In this document: positions 52,213 to 64,000 of the stretch, piece after piece
Numbering within the stretch: position 1 is the first letter of the stretch
Layout of the letters: each line of letters starts with the position of its first letter
Source of the DNA: Eledone cirrhosa
Taxonomy: Eukaryota
Reading direction: 5' to 3'
NCBI GenBank assembly: GCA_964016885.1
Contig: OZ024741.1
Location: 79,794,001 to 79,858,000 of the forward strand
Length of the DNA stretch: 64,000 nt
Position numbers and translations under genes: made by a program
The notes under the pieces: generated by a model
What the model saw: only the letters and a program-made list of their open reading frames with translations
Databases searched by the model: none
What the model was told of the DNA's origin: nothing

Positions 52213-54847
52213 ATATTGACTGGTAGTAATATATATCGGCATGTTTGAGGATATTTTGATACCAGTTAAAGTTCTTGTTTCAAATTTTATATCTCGACTA
52301 GAAAATCTTGTTTTATGGTAATATTCATTTATGTTTTATTTTATTTTATTTTTTTTAAATGAAATAAAATTATTGTAAATTTATTTCAATCAAAATAAAT
52401 AAAGCTGTATTTTATTCATTTACTTTTTGTTGAATACTCTTTTAGTGTTTCCATTCATTTGACTGCGGCTATGCTGGGACACCGACCTCTCTAATATTTA
52501 GACGATTATATATATTTATTATTTCAGCCTGATGAATAGTTTATTGATGTATTCGTGAGATTGCTAAGTTACAGAAATAAAGGAACGCCACATAATATCA
52601 GTTTTAGCGGCTACCAGTGAATAGAAAAATACGAGAATGCACGTGATTCGTACACTCAACCATAATAGATAAGCTCAGTTTTTACACATAGAGCGCTTTT
52701 TTTCTTTTTTTACCCTCTCGTTACACAGATATAGTCAATATGATAGATCATACTCAAATAAAATGGATGCTTTAAATTTATTTACCGCTAACATTTTACC
52801 TGAGAGAAAAAAAAAACATCCTTAGCAATGTGTTTATTGAAATCTTTCTCCCTAAAACACAGACAGAGTAAAACAATATAAGCAATGATATTAGAAAACT
52901 GTCACCAGTAATGAGTATTTAGCAAATAAGGAAATTAGTTAGTTTGAAGCTAAAGCTTTGTTTTGTATTTTTGTGGTGATTGAGTATTTATATTTTAGTG
53001 ATATTACTTAGATTGTCATGTCATGGACCCTGAACTTCTCATTAAGTCAAAGGGACGTCGTAGTGATATACAACCTGCTTTGGCACACACAACTGACTGA
53101 GCTTATCTCTCTCTTGGTCTGAATACCGTCGATTTCTTCCAGAAGAATTGAGGGATATAGAAGAATCGACTTCAATAGTGAACTGGTACTTCATTTATTG
53201 ACTTCGAAAGGATGAAAGGTAAAATCAACCTCAGCGGGATATAAACTTAAGAGCCAGAATGAATACCTCAAAACACTCTATCCTATGTTCTGTCGACTCT
53301 ACCGACTCACTGCCTACTTAGATTAGATAAGTATACTAATACAAACGAGGTAGCATATCTGCAATTTGTTAGTGATAACGTTTTCCATATTCAAATCACA
53401 TGTTACCGTCTTCCGAAAAAGGATATATTTGTTAATACAATCCAGGATACAGAGTACCTGTAACAAAAAAAAAGACGTAATGGTTATTTACGGGTTTAAT
53501 CTTAGATCTTTAAGCTAATCAACAATTATATACGAGTGTGTAATCAAAATGGGTACAATATTTAGACACTTCCACTTTCAAATGCTTATGCTTGGAAAAA
53601 CAATAATGATGATTTTTTTCTTAATATATTTTTTACGATGCAAACACGAGTAGTTTAATTAGTAAATACAAAATGTTGGCGTTTCTACATTTTCTCGAAA
53701 ACACCGATGACTAAACCTTAACTAGGAGTTCGTAAAATGGAATAAATTATTTTACTGCGAGAAAAAGAAGTTTAACGTTTCGAGCAACGCTGTACATCGC
53801 AGATAGGTACTCGTAATAAGCGGATAATGACAACTCCCCACCCCACCTCACACTATATGAGAAAAATACAAATATATACGATTAATAATTAAAATGTATA
53901 AATTATACTGTTGAAAAAAAACGGAAAGGATTTGAGAGGGAGAAGGAAAATAGAAATTAATTAACTTTAGGATTTAGTAAGAAGCACTTTGTTTCTATAT
54001 TATGAATTATTTTACAGAATCGGTGAAGCATCAGGGAAAAAATCTTTCATCATCATTTTTTGTAAGAATCTTCAAGTACTTAATCAGAGTTATTGAGTTA
54101 TTGACCTCTTGGGTTTATATACGTTGTAAGTGCACCGGGTACATATTATTGTGGTACCAGCACGGGAAGGTTGTCCAGTCTAAAAAAAATAAAATTCTGA
54201 TTTTAGTTACGGCTCTTTACGTTTTCAATGCAAATCCCACCCTGGTCAAGTATGGTTTTCATACTTGAATTTCTGTCTATTTTAGAAAATTATTCTAGTA
54301 CATTTCAATGTTGAAAAAAAAAATTAAAGTGACAAACAAAATGCCGCTTGGTCTTTACTTAGATTCCTAGTTTAATCCCCACCGTGTTGATTCCTAGAGA
54401 TGAAGTATAGTCATGTTCTGAAGTCGATATAGTTGATTTTACTCCTTATCTTAAAATGTTTGATTTTGCGCTTATGTCAGGAAGGTGGCGGATAAAGTAT
54501 TTGTGCCTAGAAGAAAATGCCTTGTGATATTGACGCTGATCTTAACTTTGCTTTACATACTATGGTGGTTGATAAAATAAAGTACTAAAAGTGATTTTAA
54601 TTTACTACTCCCCCTCAAAAAAAAAAAAAATTCTGGAATTGAGTTTATTTTAGAAAGGTAGATCAGAATAAAAGTAAAAACGCCAGACAAAATATATTGC
54701 TGTGTTTGTTCGGCTTATTTTCTAAGTTCAAATGTTACCGAGGTTAATTTTGCCTTTTTTCCTAAGTCAATAAAATATAGTACCAGTCAAATACTGAGAT
54801 CGATTTAATAGACTTTCCTCTACTCCAAACTTGCTGGCCTTGTACCT

Positions 54848-55032
54848 GATTGGCAGTATCGGTAGAGGGTCGGACGCCATGCTTTGACGCATAGAGTTAC
54901 GGCCCTTGCCATTCTGAGTTCAAATCCCGCCGAGGTTAACTTTGCCTTTCATCCTTATGGGGTCGATAAAATAAAGTACCAGTAATACACTGGGTAATTG
55001 CTGGCCTTGTGCCAAAAGTAGAAACAATTATT
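54848..55032 (+). mobile_element. Full-length tRNA-derived SINE within a cluster of older copies (about 54480-55170; also 53180-53250 minus)
   Basis: A-box TGGCAGTATCGG, B-box GAGTTCAAATCC, central domain and AATTATT tail. Confidence 0.9.
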
Positions 55033-58000
55033 AACGGTTGGTGGGCAACGTAATCCGAGCGTCGTGCGAAATGACATTGCATTTATTTACAATCTATATA
55101 AATAAGATTTTAGTTCCAATCTTACCAAGATCAACTTTGCCTTTCATTCTTCTGATGTCGATAAAATAATACTTTCTTTTTTAACGGCTTTGACGAGGGC
55201 GGGTGTATCCAAAATCTGTTTCAAAGCTTCCATGACTAGTGGTGGGAAGCTATCAGAGACCTTATCTTAGTGCATACAACAGAGTGGAGTGGATTCTCCT
55301 AAAGGCACATTAGTTAAACCAGCAGATGATAGAATAACTTGAACCACGTGCCTCTAATGGGTTTCCAAGTAGTTTCTATGTAACTAATTCTCCCCAAAAG
55401 AAGTTGTTACGTTTTGCGGATCGAAACCGACACTACGTAGTTTGTGAAGCGAACTTCTTAAACACACAACTATGACAGACACATACTGTGGGTTTGTATA
55501 ATCTCGATATCAACTAAAATTTGTGGAATTATGCCATAGTCGTATTTAATTACTTTCTGAAATAGTCATTGATATACAGTTAATATTTAATATTTTGGTA
55601 TCATTAGTGATTTTAATTATTTATTTCTAAAACTAAAGTTATTAGGATTATTTCACAGATGTTAGTGATTACAAACTGAGGCTTATCTTGCATTGATTTG
55701 AATTTGCATTTCTATGTGTTTATAATTACATAGATTCATTATTAAACATACCTATGTATATATGCAAAAGGCAAACAGATATAACAAAGCAAACGAAACA
55801 GTACAGTGAAGAAATATATTATTAGTTTTACGCTTGATATAGTAGAAGAGTCTTAACGTTTTGGACACTAGCTCGGCCAACGGAATAGCCTGTTCATGAA
55901 ATTCACGTGTAAGTGGCTAAGCATTCCATAGATACGTAATTCTCATGGAAATTCAGCATGACACAGTGTGACAAGATTAGCTCTTTGAATTTCAGGTACA
56001 AGTTCACCCGTCAGGTTTCTAAACGATTTCCATCGATCCAATTTCACTCACAAAGCTTGGGTCGACTCGAGTCTGTAGTAAACGTCGCTTGCCCAAGATA
56101 CCACGCAGTGGGATTGAACTCAGGATCTGGTAATTGTGAAGTGAATTTTATACTTCACAGATCATGTGTGTTTTATTTGTTTTTTTATGTACTTTTGTTA
56201 TTTTCGTTCTGAAAAAGAAATGTTTAAAGAAGCTTGAAGTCTGCTCTATCGGATGAGTCTGGTGCTAAGCAGTGATAAATCCAACAACAGAGTCACCGAG
56301 ATCCTTACATGTTTGCTCGGCTTACTAGAAAGATCAACCAAATTTCTCACATTCTGCCGTTGTATAAAAGGAAGGACAAGTCTGAAAAAAAAAAGAAAAT
56401 CTTTAACTGAATGAGCCCAACTGAAACGCCGCAACTGACCATAGAATAGACTTGCTCGATCTGGGCTGACTCGAGGCTAAACACAACACACATAAATAAA
56501 ATACCGCCACCCACACACACCACCTTCAGCCAACACTATATCCTAGCAATTGTCAATTTAGTGATTTCAAATGTACACAAAACTAATATATTCACTTTTT
56601 AGTTACTATGGGAGTGAGTCAGTGATCAGGTTGTAGATAGTACGACGAAAATATTGGCACAACAAAATAAATAAATGACTATAACAGTTTTAATGGCTAA
56701 AACAATGTAATTGCTGCAGTTTCAACACATTATCTCAGATTAGGTCACGTACCACCAAGTAGCATTCCCTCCCATTAACTATAATCAGTGTTATTATCAA
56801 CCAGCTCATGACACATCAAAACATTAAATTGTTTGGTCATCTGATTAGAATACCAATTAACTACAGCACCAAGTAAGTACTCAGGCTTTAGAGCTAGAGG
56901 AAGACCACGTCGACAGTGATTGATAGAACCACACAGACGGCTCCATACCCACAGCATATCTGCTACAAATCATCAGCTTTATCTCTTCACGACACCTTTT
57001 TGGTAGAAGCACCTGGACCAAAGAAAAAAGTGTTATCACCATTTGGTATCAAAAAAAACAATCTATACCAACTCACGCTTACTGTGTAAAATTTCTACCC
57101 AAAAATTCTCGCTTATAATGTTTTCTCTTGCAAAACATTAAACTTTTTAAGAGATGCTAATCTTGTAAGTCCGGTTAAGAACTTTCCTGTTATCGGAAAT
57201 ATATTACTTTGCTATATGTTTCAGTTAGAGACATCAGTTCGTGACAGGATAATAGAACTGTGACTAACAGGCTGATTCCTATCTAGGATTATTGAAATAA
57301 ATGGCGTAATAAAAAATATATCGTAAATCGAGACGATTTTATCTTTTCCAAACTGGCTCGTATTTTTTCCAAAGTTGCTTTGTGCTGCTGAAATTCTCTA
57401 GCTTTAACACATATACAAATGAAAACTCGCTATTAAGTAGACGCTCTAATTTCGTCTAAATAGCATAGTTTCTTTTAACAATGTTAACGACTAGAAAATA
57501 CTTTCATGTAGTCAAGTCAACGCAGGAGCCTTTACGCGGTCATCCAACCTGCTAGAAATAGCAACCAAACTTCCTTTAAACCGCATCATACCGTCTTTAA
57601 AATAAAAATCACTTTTGGAATAATGTATTTCTACATATATTATGTTGAAATAAATATAAGATGGCTTCTGAGTTCGAATCCTGAAAATGTTTCTTCTTTT
57701 CTTTTTCTTTTTGAATCGATCAAGTTCCAGCCAATTATTGGAGGTTTGGTATAATGAACTGTAATTTTCCTTAAAATGTGTAGCCTTGTATCATAGGAAG
57801 GACTCGGTTACTGTCATTTCTCATATTAGCATAAGGCCAGACATTTTAAAAAGTGTATGAGGAGATGCATGGATTGAGTATGAATGTATGTTTGTATGCA
57901 CGTGACTTAGTGATTATGGGTGTTAGCCTCACAATCGAAAGATCATGCGTTCGATTGCTGGCTGCACGTTTTATCCTTGAGCAAGATACCTTATTTCATC

Positions 58001-58144
58001 TTGCTACAGAGCACTTAGCTAGAAGAAAATTGCGTAGTAATTCAAAGGTCAACCTTGTAACGCAATGTCACGAAAGCATATGTTATATGTTTATATATAA
58101 TAAACATCTGAGAGCCTCACTATCACTGGAAAACATTTGCGGTT

Positions 58145-58650
58145 ATGACATGTTAACAAAGCAAAAGAGAGAAAAATGTTTATCATAATGAAAAAATATT
58201 TGTTCTTTGATAGCAAGGCTTTCATATACACCACTGTTATGCTTAGCAATATTCTATTATAATTAAAGCTACTGCCAATTAATTATAACCAGCCAAGTTC
58301 GCACTATATGCAAATGAGCATTTCCGTCCAATATTTTCTATTTGCTATGTGCAACTGAGCATCTCCAGCAAGTGTTCAGTATGCAAAATCTATGTAAGCT
58401 TTAGTCTATTTTCATCTCAGTAACGGCTGAGCGAATGTCACTGATCAGAGATTAACAAATTTTGAGACAGCTCTCTGACATTCTCAACGACTACTAAGAT
58501 ATAAGTGACATGTTCACAGCAAAGCAGAAAAGAAATAATGTTTTCATAACGAAAAAGAAAAGTGTTTCTTTGATAGCGAGGCTCTCGTGTATATGCTTTC
58601 ATATATACCTCTTTTATGCTTAATACAGTCTTAGTACTACTGCCAATTTA
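58145..58650. repeat. Diverged tandem duplication (period about 360 bp)
   Basis: 58146-58280 resembles 58506-58650. Confidence 0.6.
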
Positions 58651-58786
58651 TATATGTATAAACACGAGGATTACAGAGTCGGGCTAGATCGATACAGATC
58701 GAACTTTGAGCTGATCGGTGGCGAAACGCGCGTCACCAACCAATAATGAAGGTGGGTGAACCTACAGTAATTCCACGTTACACTCA

Positions 58787-58832
<46 letters not shown>

Positions 58833-59157
58833 CGATAAATTAACGGAGCCATAGAGCCTCGCCATTCCCTGTAAATAATGTGCTCGAAGGAGAAGAAATC
58901 CTGAGCTCTTTAAAATACAATATGTTGAAAAGGTAACACACCAGAGAGAGATATACAGTGCGCTATCAATAAAACAGGGAACAAATATAATATATAAATA
59001 TAATATATAAAAATATAAAATATAATATATATATATATATATAAATAAAAGGAATTCCAACTTTGTCTGATTTACTCGTTTTATTTACAATCCTTCAAAA
59101 TTTATAATGGTATTAGAATGAAATAGTATGGTAGAATATTAAATGTGAAGTGTTAAT

Positions 59158-59196
59158 TGAACAAGTACTTTCATGCTTTCGCAATCTTCAGGTTCA
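59158..59196 (-). ncRNA. Very compact hammerhead ribozyme
   Basis: TGAAC-CTGAAGA-TTGC GAAA GCAT-GAAA-GTAC-TT-GTTCA. Confidence 0.72.
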
Positions 59197-59686
59197 TATT
59201 CTGTGGTGACAGTCAGTATATATATAGTAAAGTTTAAAGTTTAAGCAAAGAATTTCTGTTTTCACTCACCCTATGCGGGATTTTTCTTTTTTATATGAAT
59301 TTGGCAAAGCCGGCCATTTATCACTCGTATACAGGAAACTGACTGGCCAGTCTGCTTATATGCAAATCTGGCTGATCAGTGGATCTGCTAATCTGCAGAT
59401 CTGACTGATCAGCCAGTCTTCTAATATGCAAATCAGACCGATCAGTCACTGTGTATTTTTGAAAATAGCATATATTTTCACTAGCTCTGACAGTTTGGCA
59501 GGTGAACAGTGAGCTGTACTGATGAAGGGTGATACCCAGAAACATTAGTGTCTGCAGTCCTGTTCGCATGCCAACACAAGACCAAGAATGAAGTGTTCAT
59601 TCTACTGACATGGCTATAAAATTGAGGCTTGTTTGCAAAATTGCAAACGAATCGAATGTTATTAATATTCGAAAAACTCAGATTAC

Positions 59687-59747
<61 letters not shown>

Positions 59748-59796
59748 TAACAAATTAAAGCCCTCTTTGGATTTTAGTCTTCAAATTTATTATTAT

Positions 59797-59852
<56 letters not shown>

Positions 59853-61001
59853 CTTATCGAACCCTCTTCGATTTTGGTCTTTGTATTTATTACTATATAT
59901 ATATATATATATAGTAATAGTTTTACCTGTATAAAGATTTTGAAGAGATTCCAATTGTCGAGCACCCTGCGTAAAATTGGATATTGTAACTATGGAACAA
60001 CTTTTACGTGGTATTATTCATGGAAACACCATTAAGATAAAACACTCTTAAGTTATACAGAAACAGAAAATTATAACTTTAAATAGAAGTGCAGTTAAAC
60101 GGTAAAAGAAAGACAAACATGAGAACTTGACAATTTGCAAATATAACCACAGAATGTCTAATCTGTGTTACAATATATAAGTGTACAGATCGTCAATTAA
60201 GATTACCTGAAAGTATAGGAGAGACAAAAAGTCAAATAGATATAATGCATAAGATACTGGAAAAGATAAGAAAGAACGAGAAGAAGAGAGAGAGAGTGTG
60301 TGTGTGTGTGTGGAAATAAGATATTGTAATAGTATGAAACACCAAAATTCATGGCCTTGTAACTATGTTAAAAATAATAAAAACGGAATTTTAAGTTTAA
60401 AGAGAAGCAAATCATACAAATTGACAGTTAAGAAGAAACTGAAAGAATAGGACAGAGATTTGGGGAGATAACAATCAAGAGAAAAGGAAAGTCAAAGAAT
60501 GAAAGATAAAGGAAGAAGCGAACGAGTGGAAGTAAGTAGTGGTAATAATACGAAAGAGAGAGGGGAGAGAGAGAAAGAGTAAAACACATTGATTCAGCAC
60601 TGTAGTGGCAACGAAGAAATAGATGATAGCTACATACAAAATAAATAGAGGGATGAGATGAAAGTCTGATGGGACGTAGGAATGGATGCTTAAAACAGCA
60701 CGGGAAGACAGATTATCAGTCACACACACATTTTTCAAATATTACGTCCTTAATATATTTAAGAGAAAAGGGTAAAATACAGTTAAGCAAATATTTAATT
60801 CAATATATATGTAGTGTAAGTTATTCAGCCGAAGTATATGATTGGAGCATATCTGCATAAATACAAGGTGTGTATCTTAATCGATTACCAACACGAGCGC
60901 TAATTGTATGCAAATTAGTACGTCCATTTCAGAATAATACTAAGAGTGAATATACATACCCATAAAATAGATGTTTCCTTGTGGTTGATTGGATGATATA
61001 C

Positions 61002-61050
61002 ACGTCGTCTGATGAGGATTCGATAACATCCGAAAATCGATTAAAGATGT
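61002..61050 (+). ncRNA. Minimal hammerhead ribozyme
   Basis: ACGTCGT-CTGATGA-GGAT TCGATAAC ATCC-GAAA-ATCGAT-TA-AAGATGT; palindromic stem III. Confidence 0.8.
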
Positions 61051-61146
61051 TTATCAATTTTTTCGATTTACGGGGAAATTCGAATTTTCTGACATGTTTC
61101 CATGCCTACAAATGAGATATGTGTATATACACGTTTATGCAGTCTA

Positions 61147-61188
<42 letters not shown>

Positions 61189-61475
61189 ATCCAGTAAAAA
61201 CATACTTTGTGTACATGTGAATATGATATAGAGAAATTCGACCTCAACAAAATTCAAACTCATACATATATATATGCAGAGGTTATATTTAATTTGTTGG
61301 GATTCAACGCGCTTAAAAATGTTATAACTGATATAAAGCGCACTCAACAGCACAGTAGAGTAAATATACACTATATTAATAAATGGAAACTATATTTATA
61401 AAACCATAATTATTTTATATATATTTCTCTCCCTCCCTTTCAATATATTTTTTCTCTCTATCTCTCTCCCTCTCA

Positions 61476-61700
61476 ATTTTTTCTTTTTTTCTTTTTTTCT
61501 TTTTTTCTTTTTTTCTTTTTTTCTTTTTTTCTTTTTTTCTTTTTTTCTTTTTTTCTTTTTTTCTTTTTTTCTTTTTTTCTTTTTTTCTTTTTTTCTATTT
61601 TCTTTTTTTCTTTTTTTCTTTTTTTCTTTTTTTCTTTTTTTCTTTTTTTCTTTTTTTCTTTTTTTCTTTTTTTCTTTTTTTCTTTTTTTCTCTTTTTCTC
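61476..61700. repeat. (TTTTTTTC)n repeat
   Basis: Direct observation. Confidence 0.95.
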
Positions 61701-61923
61701 TTTATCTCTCTCCCTCTCAATTTTTTGTCTCTCCCTTTTACATCTATTTTCTTCCAACAGTTTAATTTAAATAAACCGTTGTTTTTTTCAATTTTTCTGA
61801 CATTCATTTGCATACTCACTCACAACATTGTATCACCCTCAATTATCTCCACTATCCAGCGAATTTCAACCGTTGAGGTTGTCTTTTTTCCGGGTATGTC
61901 AATATTTTTTCCGGGTATGTCAG

Positions 61924-61989
61924 TATTTTATCTGATGAAAGCGCACCATAATTTACCTTAGTTGCCCTTGAAATATATATAATAAAATA
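61924..61989 (+). ncRNA. Minimal hammerhead ribozyme
   Basis: TATTTTAT-CTGATGA-AAGCGCAC...GTTGCCCTT-GAAA-TATATA-TA-ATAAAATA. Confidence 0.78.
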
Positions 61990-62020
61990 ATTATGGTTTA
62001 ATAAATATAGTTTCCATTTA

Positions 62021-62090
<70 letters not shown>

Positions 62091-62179
62091 TTGGTAGGAG
62101 GTAAGTTTTATTGTAGCACAATAAAACAATGCAAATATCGGATAAGTAGCACTCAACAGTTTATAGGACTGGAGTATAA

Positions 62180-64000
62180 ATAATATATACAACGCTCTCT
62201 CTTTTGCATTTAAATATTCTGACATCACCATAGATGAACTATACATCATTCTCACCGCAAATAAAACGATCCTGGAATTCAACAACCAATATTGGACTAG
62301 AGCTGAGACTTCCAACAATTTTGATATCACAATGGGTTCGTCGGATTCAGCGCAATTGACGGACTTGATTGGAATCTTTATTTTGAATTCTTTAAATCGG
62401 AAAATTCCTCAACTTCGCGGTGGAATTTATCGTGACGATGCCCTTTTTACTGTCTTAAACTGTAACTTAGTTAACCTTAATATTATTAAGAACAATATAC
62501 TTAATCTATTTAAGCACCATAACCTAAAAATTGAATTCGAAAACAACGTCAAACTAGCTAACTTCCTGAATGTATCCCTTAATCTTGACACCGGCCTATA
62601 TTACCCTTACCATAAAGACACTGTTAATTTTAAATCTAACCACCCTATTAACGTTAAAAATGCTATATTCAGTAATGTTGAAAAAAGAATCTCAAATCTA
62701 TCTTCTAATAAAGTTATCTTTGACGCTAAAGCCAATTATTACAATAATGCGCTTTCCAGAGCCGGTTATCCTGACAAAATAAAATACAGTAAAGAAACCA
62801 ATCAGCGAGGCACTTATAGTAATATAGTTAGTTATAAGCATTCCAATAACATAAAGAAAAGACCTAGATATAAAAATATGATTTGGTACAACGCTCCTTT
62901 TTCTCTATCTATTATTAGTAATATTCCTAAACTATTTTTAGGGCCTTAGATAAATGCTCCCCTCCCTCGCATATTTATAGTAAGATCTTTAATAAACATA
63001 CAATTAAATTCTCTTATTCCACCACTTCCAACATCTCTAACATTATCTCAAAGCATAATAATAAAATATTAAGTAATAAATTATATCCATCCAACACTGA
63101 GCGTCATAATAATAGCAACGTCAATGTTAACTCTAGGCTAGATTCCGTAAATTTAAATACGACGTCAAACGTAACTTTGTCGAATGTTCATAACACCAAT
63201 CTAAATCAGGAAACTTTAGCACCTATCGTAAATAACTTCTCCAATTCAATTCTTTCTATAAATAATACTGGGTCACTTGCTATTAATTCTGGTCATTTCT
63301 CTAATCGTAATTGCAATTGCCCTGTTAGAACTAAATGTCCTCTTAGTAACCAATGTCTTGATACAAATTTAGTGTATGAATGTAAGGTTATAACTGGTAT
63401 TATTCTTTTACCTATTTTGGTTCCACTTCCACTTCCTTTAAAGCAAGATTTTATAATCACAATTCTTCTTTTAAATACCAACTTAAAAGAATTAACACGG
63501 CACTCTCAGAACTCATATGGTCCTTAAAGGACAAAAATATTAACTACAACATTTCTTGGAGGAAGGTTTGCAACCCCTCTCCTTACCTTAATTCTTCCCT
63601 ATCCAGAACATGTAATCTCTGCCTAGCGGAGAAATTTACCATTATCTCTAATTTTAATTCTATAATAAATAGACGTAAGGATTTATTTTCGCTCTGCTTG
63701 CATAAATCCTATAGAACTTTCTATAAAATATACAGCTAATATCTTACTACCTAATTAGTTTAAAATCTTCTTTTCTCAAACGCTTTTATATTTTTTTACA
63801 AATATACCCATCTTTCTACCTTATTTCAGTATATTATACAATATTACTCATACTATGTCGTTAGCGGTCCGCTTAATTTACCATTATCTCTAATTTTAAT
63901 TCTATAATAAATAGACGTACTGATTTATTTTCTCTCTGCTTGCATAAATCCCATAGAACTTTCCATAAAGTATACAGCTAACATCTTACTACCTAATTTG
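62180..64000 (+). mobile_element. 5'-truncated Nematis-type PLE (RT C-terminal half plus GIY-YIG)
   Basis: FDITMGSSDSAQLTDLIG, IYRDD, WYNAPFS, CNCPVRTKCPLSNQC, CNLCLAEK; homologous to 25936-27500; direct repeat 63633-63756 and 63875-63998. Confidence 0.9.

Noticed and set aside
54115-54179. Possible minus-strand terminal exon after a strong acceptor (WTTFPCWYHNNMYPVHLQRI*)
   Set aside because: No recognisable homology or partner exons; needs RNA-seq
54848-54935. tRNA gene
   Set aside because: A and B boxes belong to a multicopy SINE head; no cloverleaf

Overview
AT-rich, microsatellite-saturated eukaryotic repeat landscape. The SINE complement suggests an octopus-like cephalopod (inference). 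No host protein-coding gene can be supported, and most ORF-track entries are microsatellite artefacts. Penelope-like retroelements (PLEs) inserted in (TA)n arrays dominate. These include one nearly intact two-ORF Neptune-type element (17030-23038, minus) with direct and inverted pseudo-LTRs, a diverged sister copy, several Nematis-type copies, and many short palindromic 3'-end remnants carrying minimal hammerhead ribozymes (HHRs). tRNA-derived SINEs and RTE and R4-type LINE relics fill the rest. Most notable: (1) a conserved, in-frame U_UUU_UUA slippery site joins a 421-aa coiled-coil ORF1 to the RT/GIY-YIG ORF, suggesting gag-pol-style -1 frameshifting; (2) an in-window empty-site record shows a (TA)5 run replaced by the element plus two >100-bp TA arrays; (3) several HHRs have a compensatory U3-A8 core.
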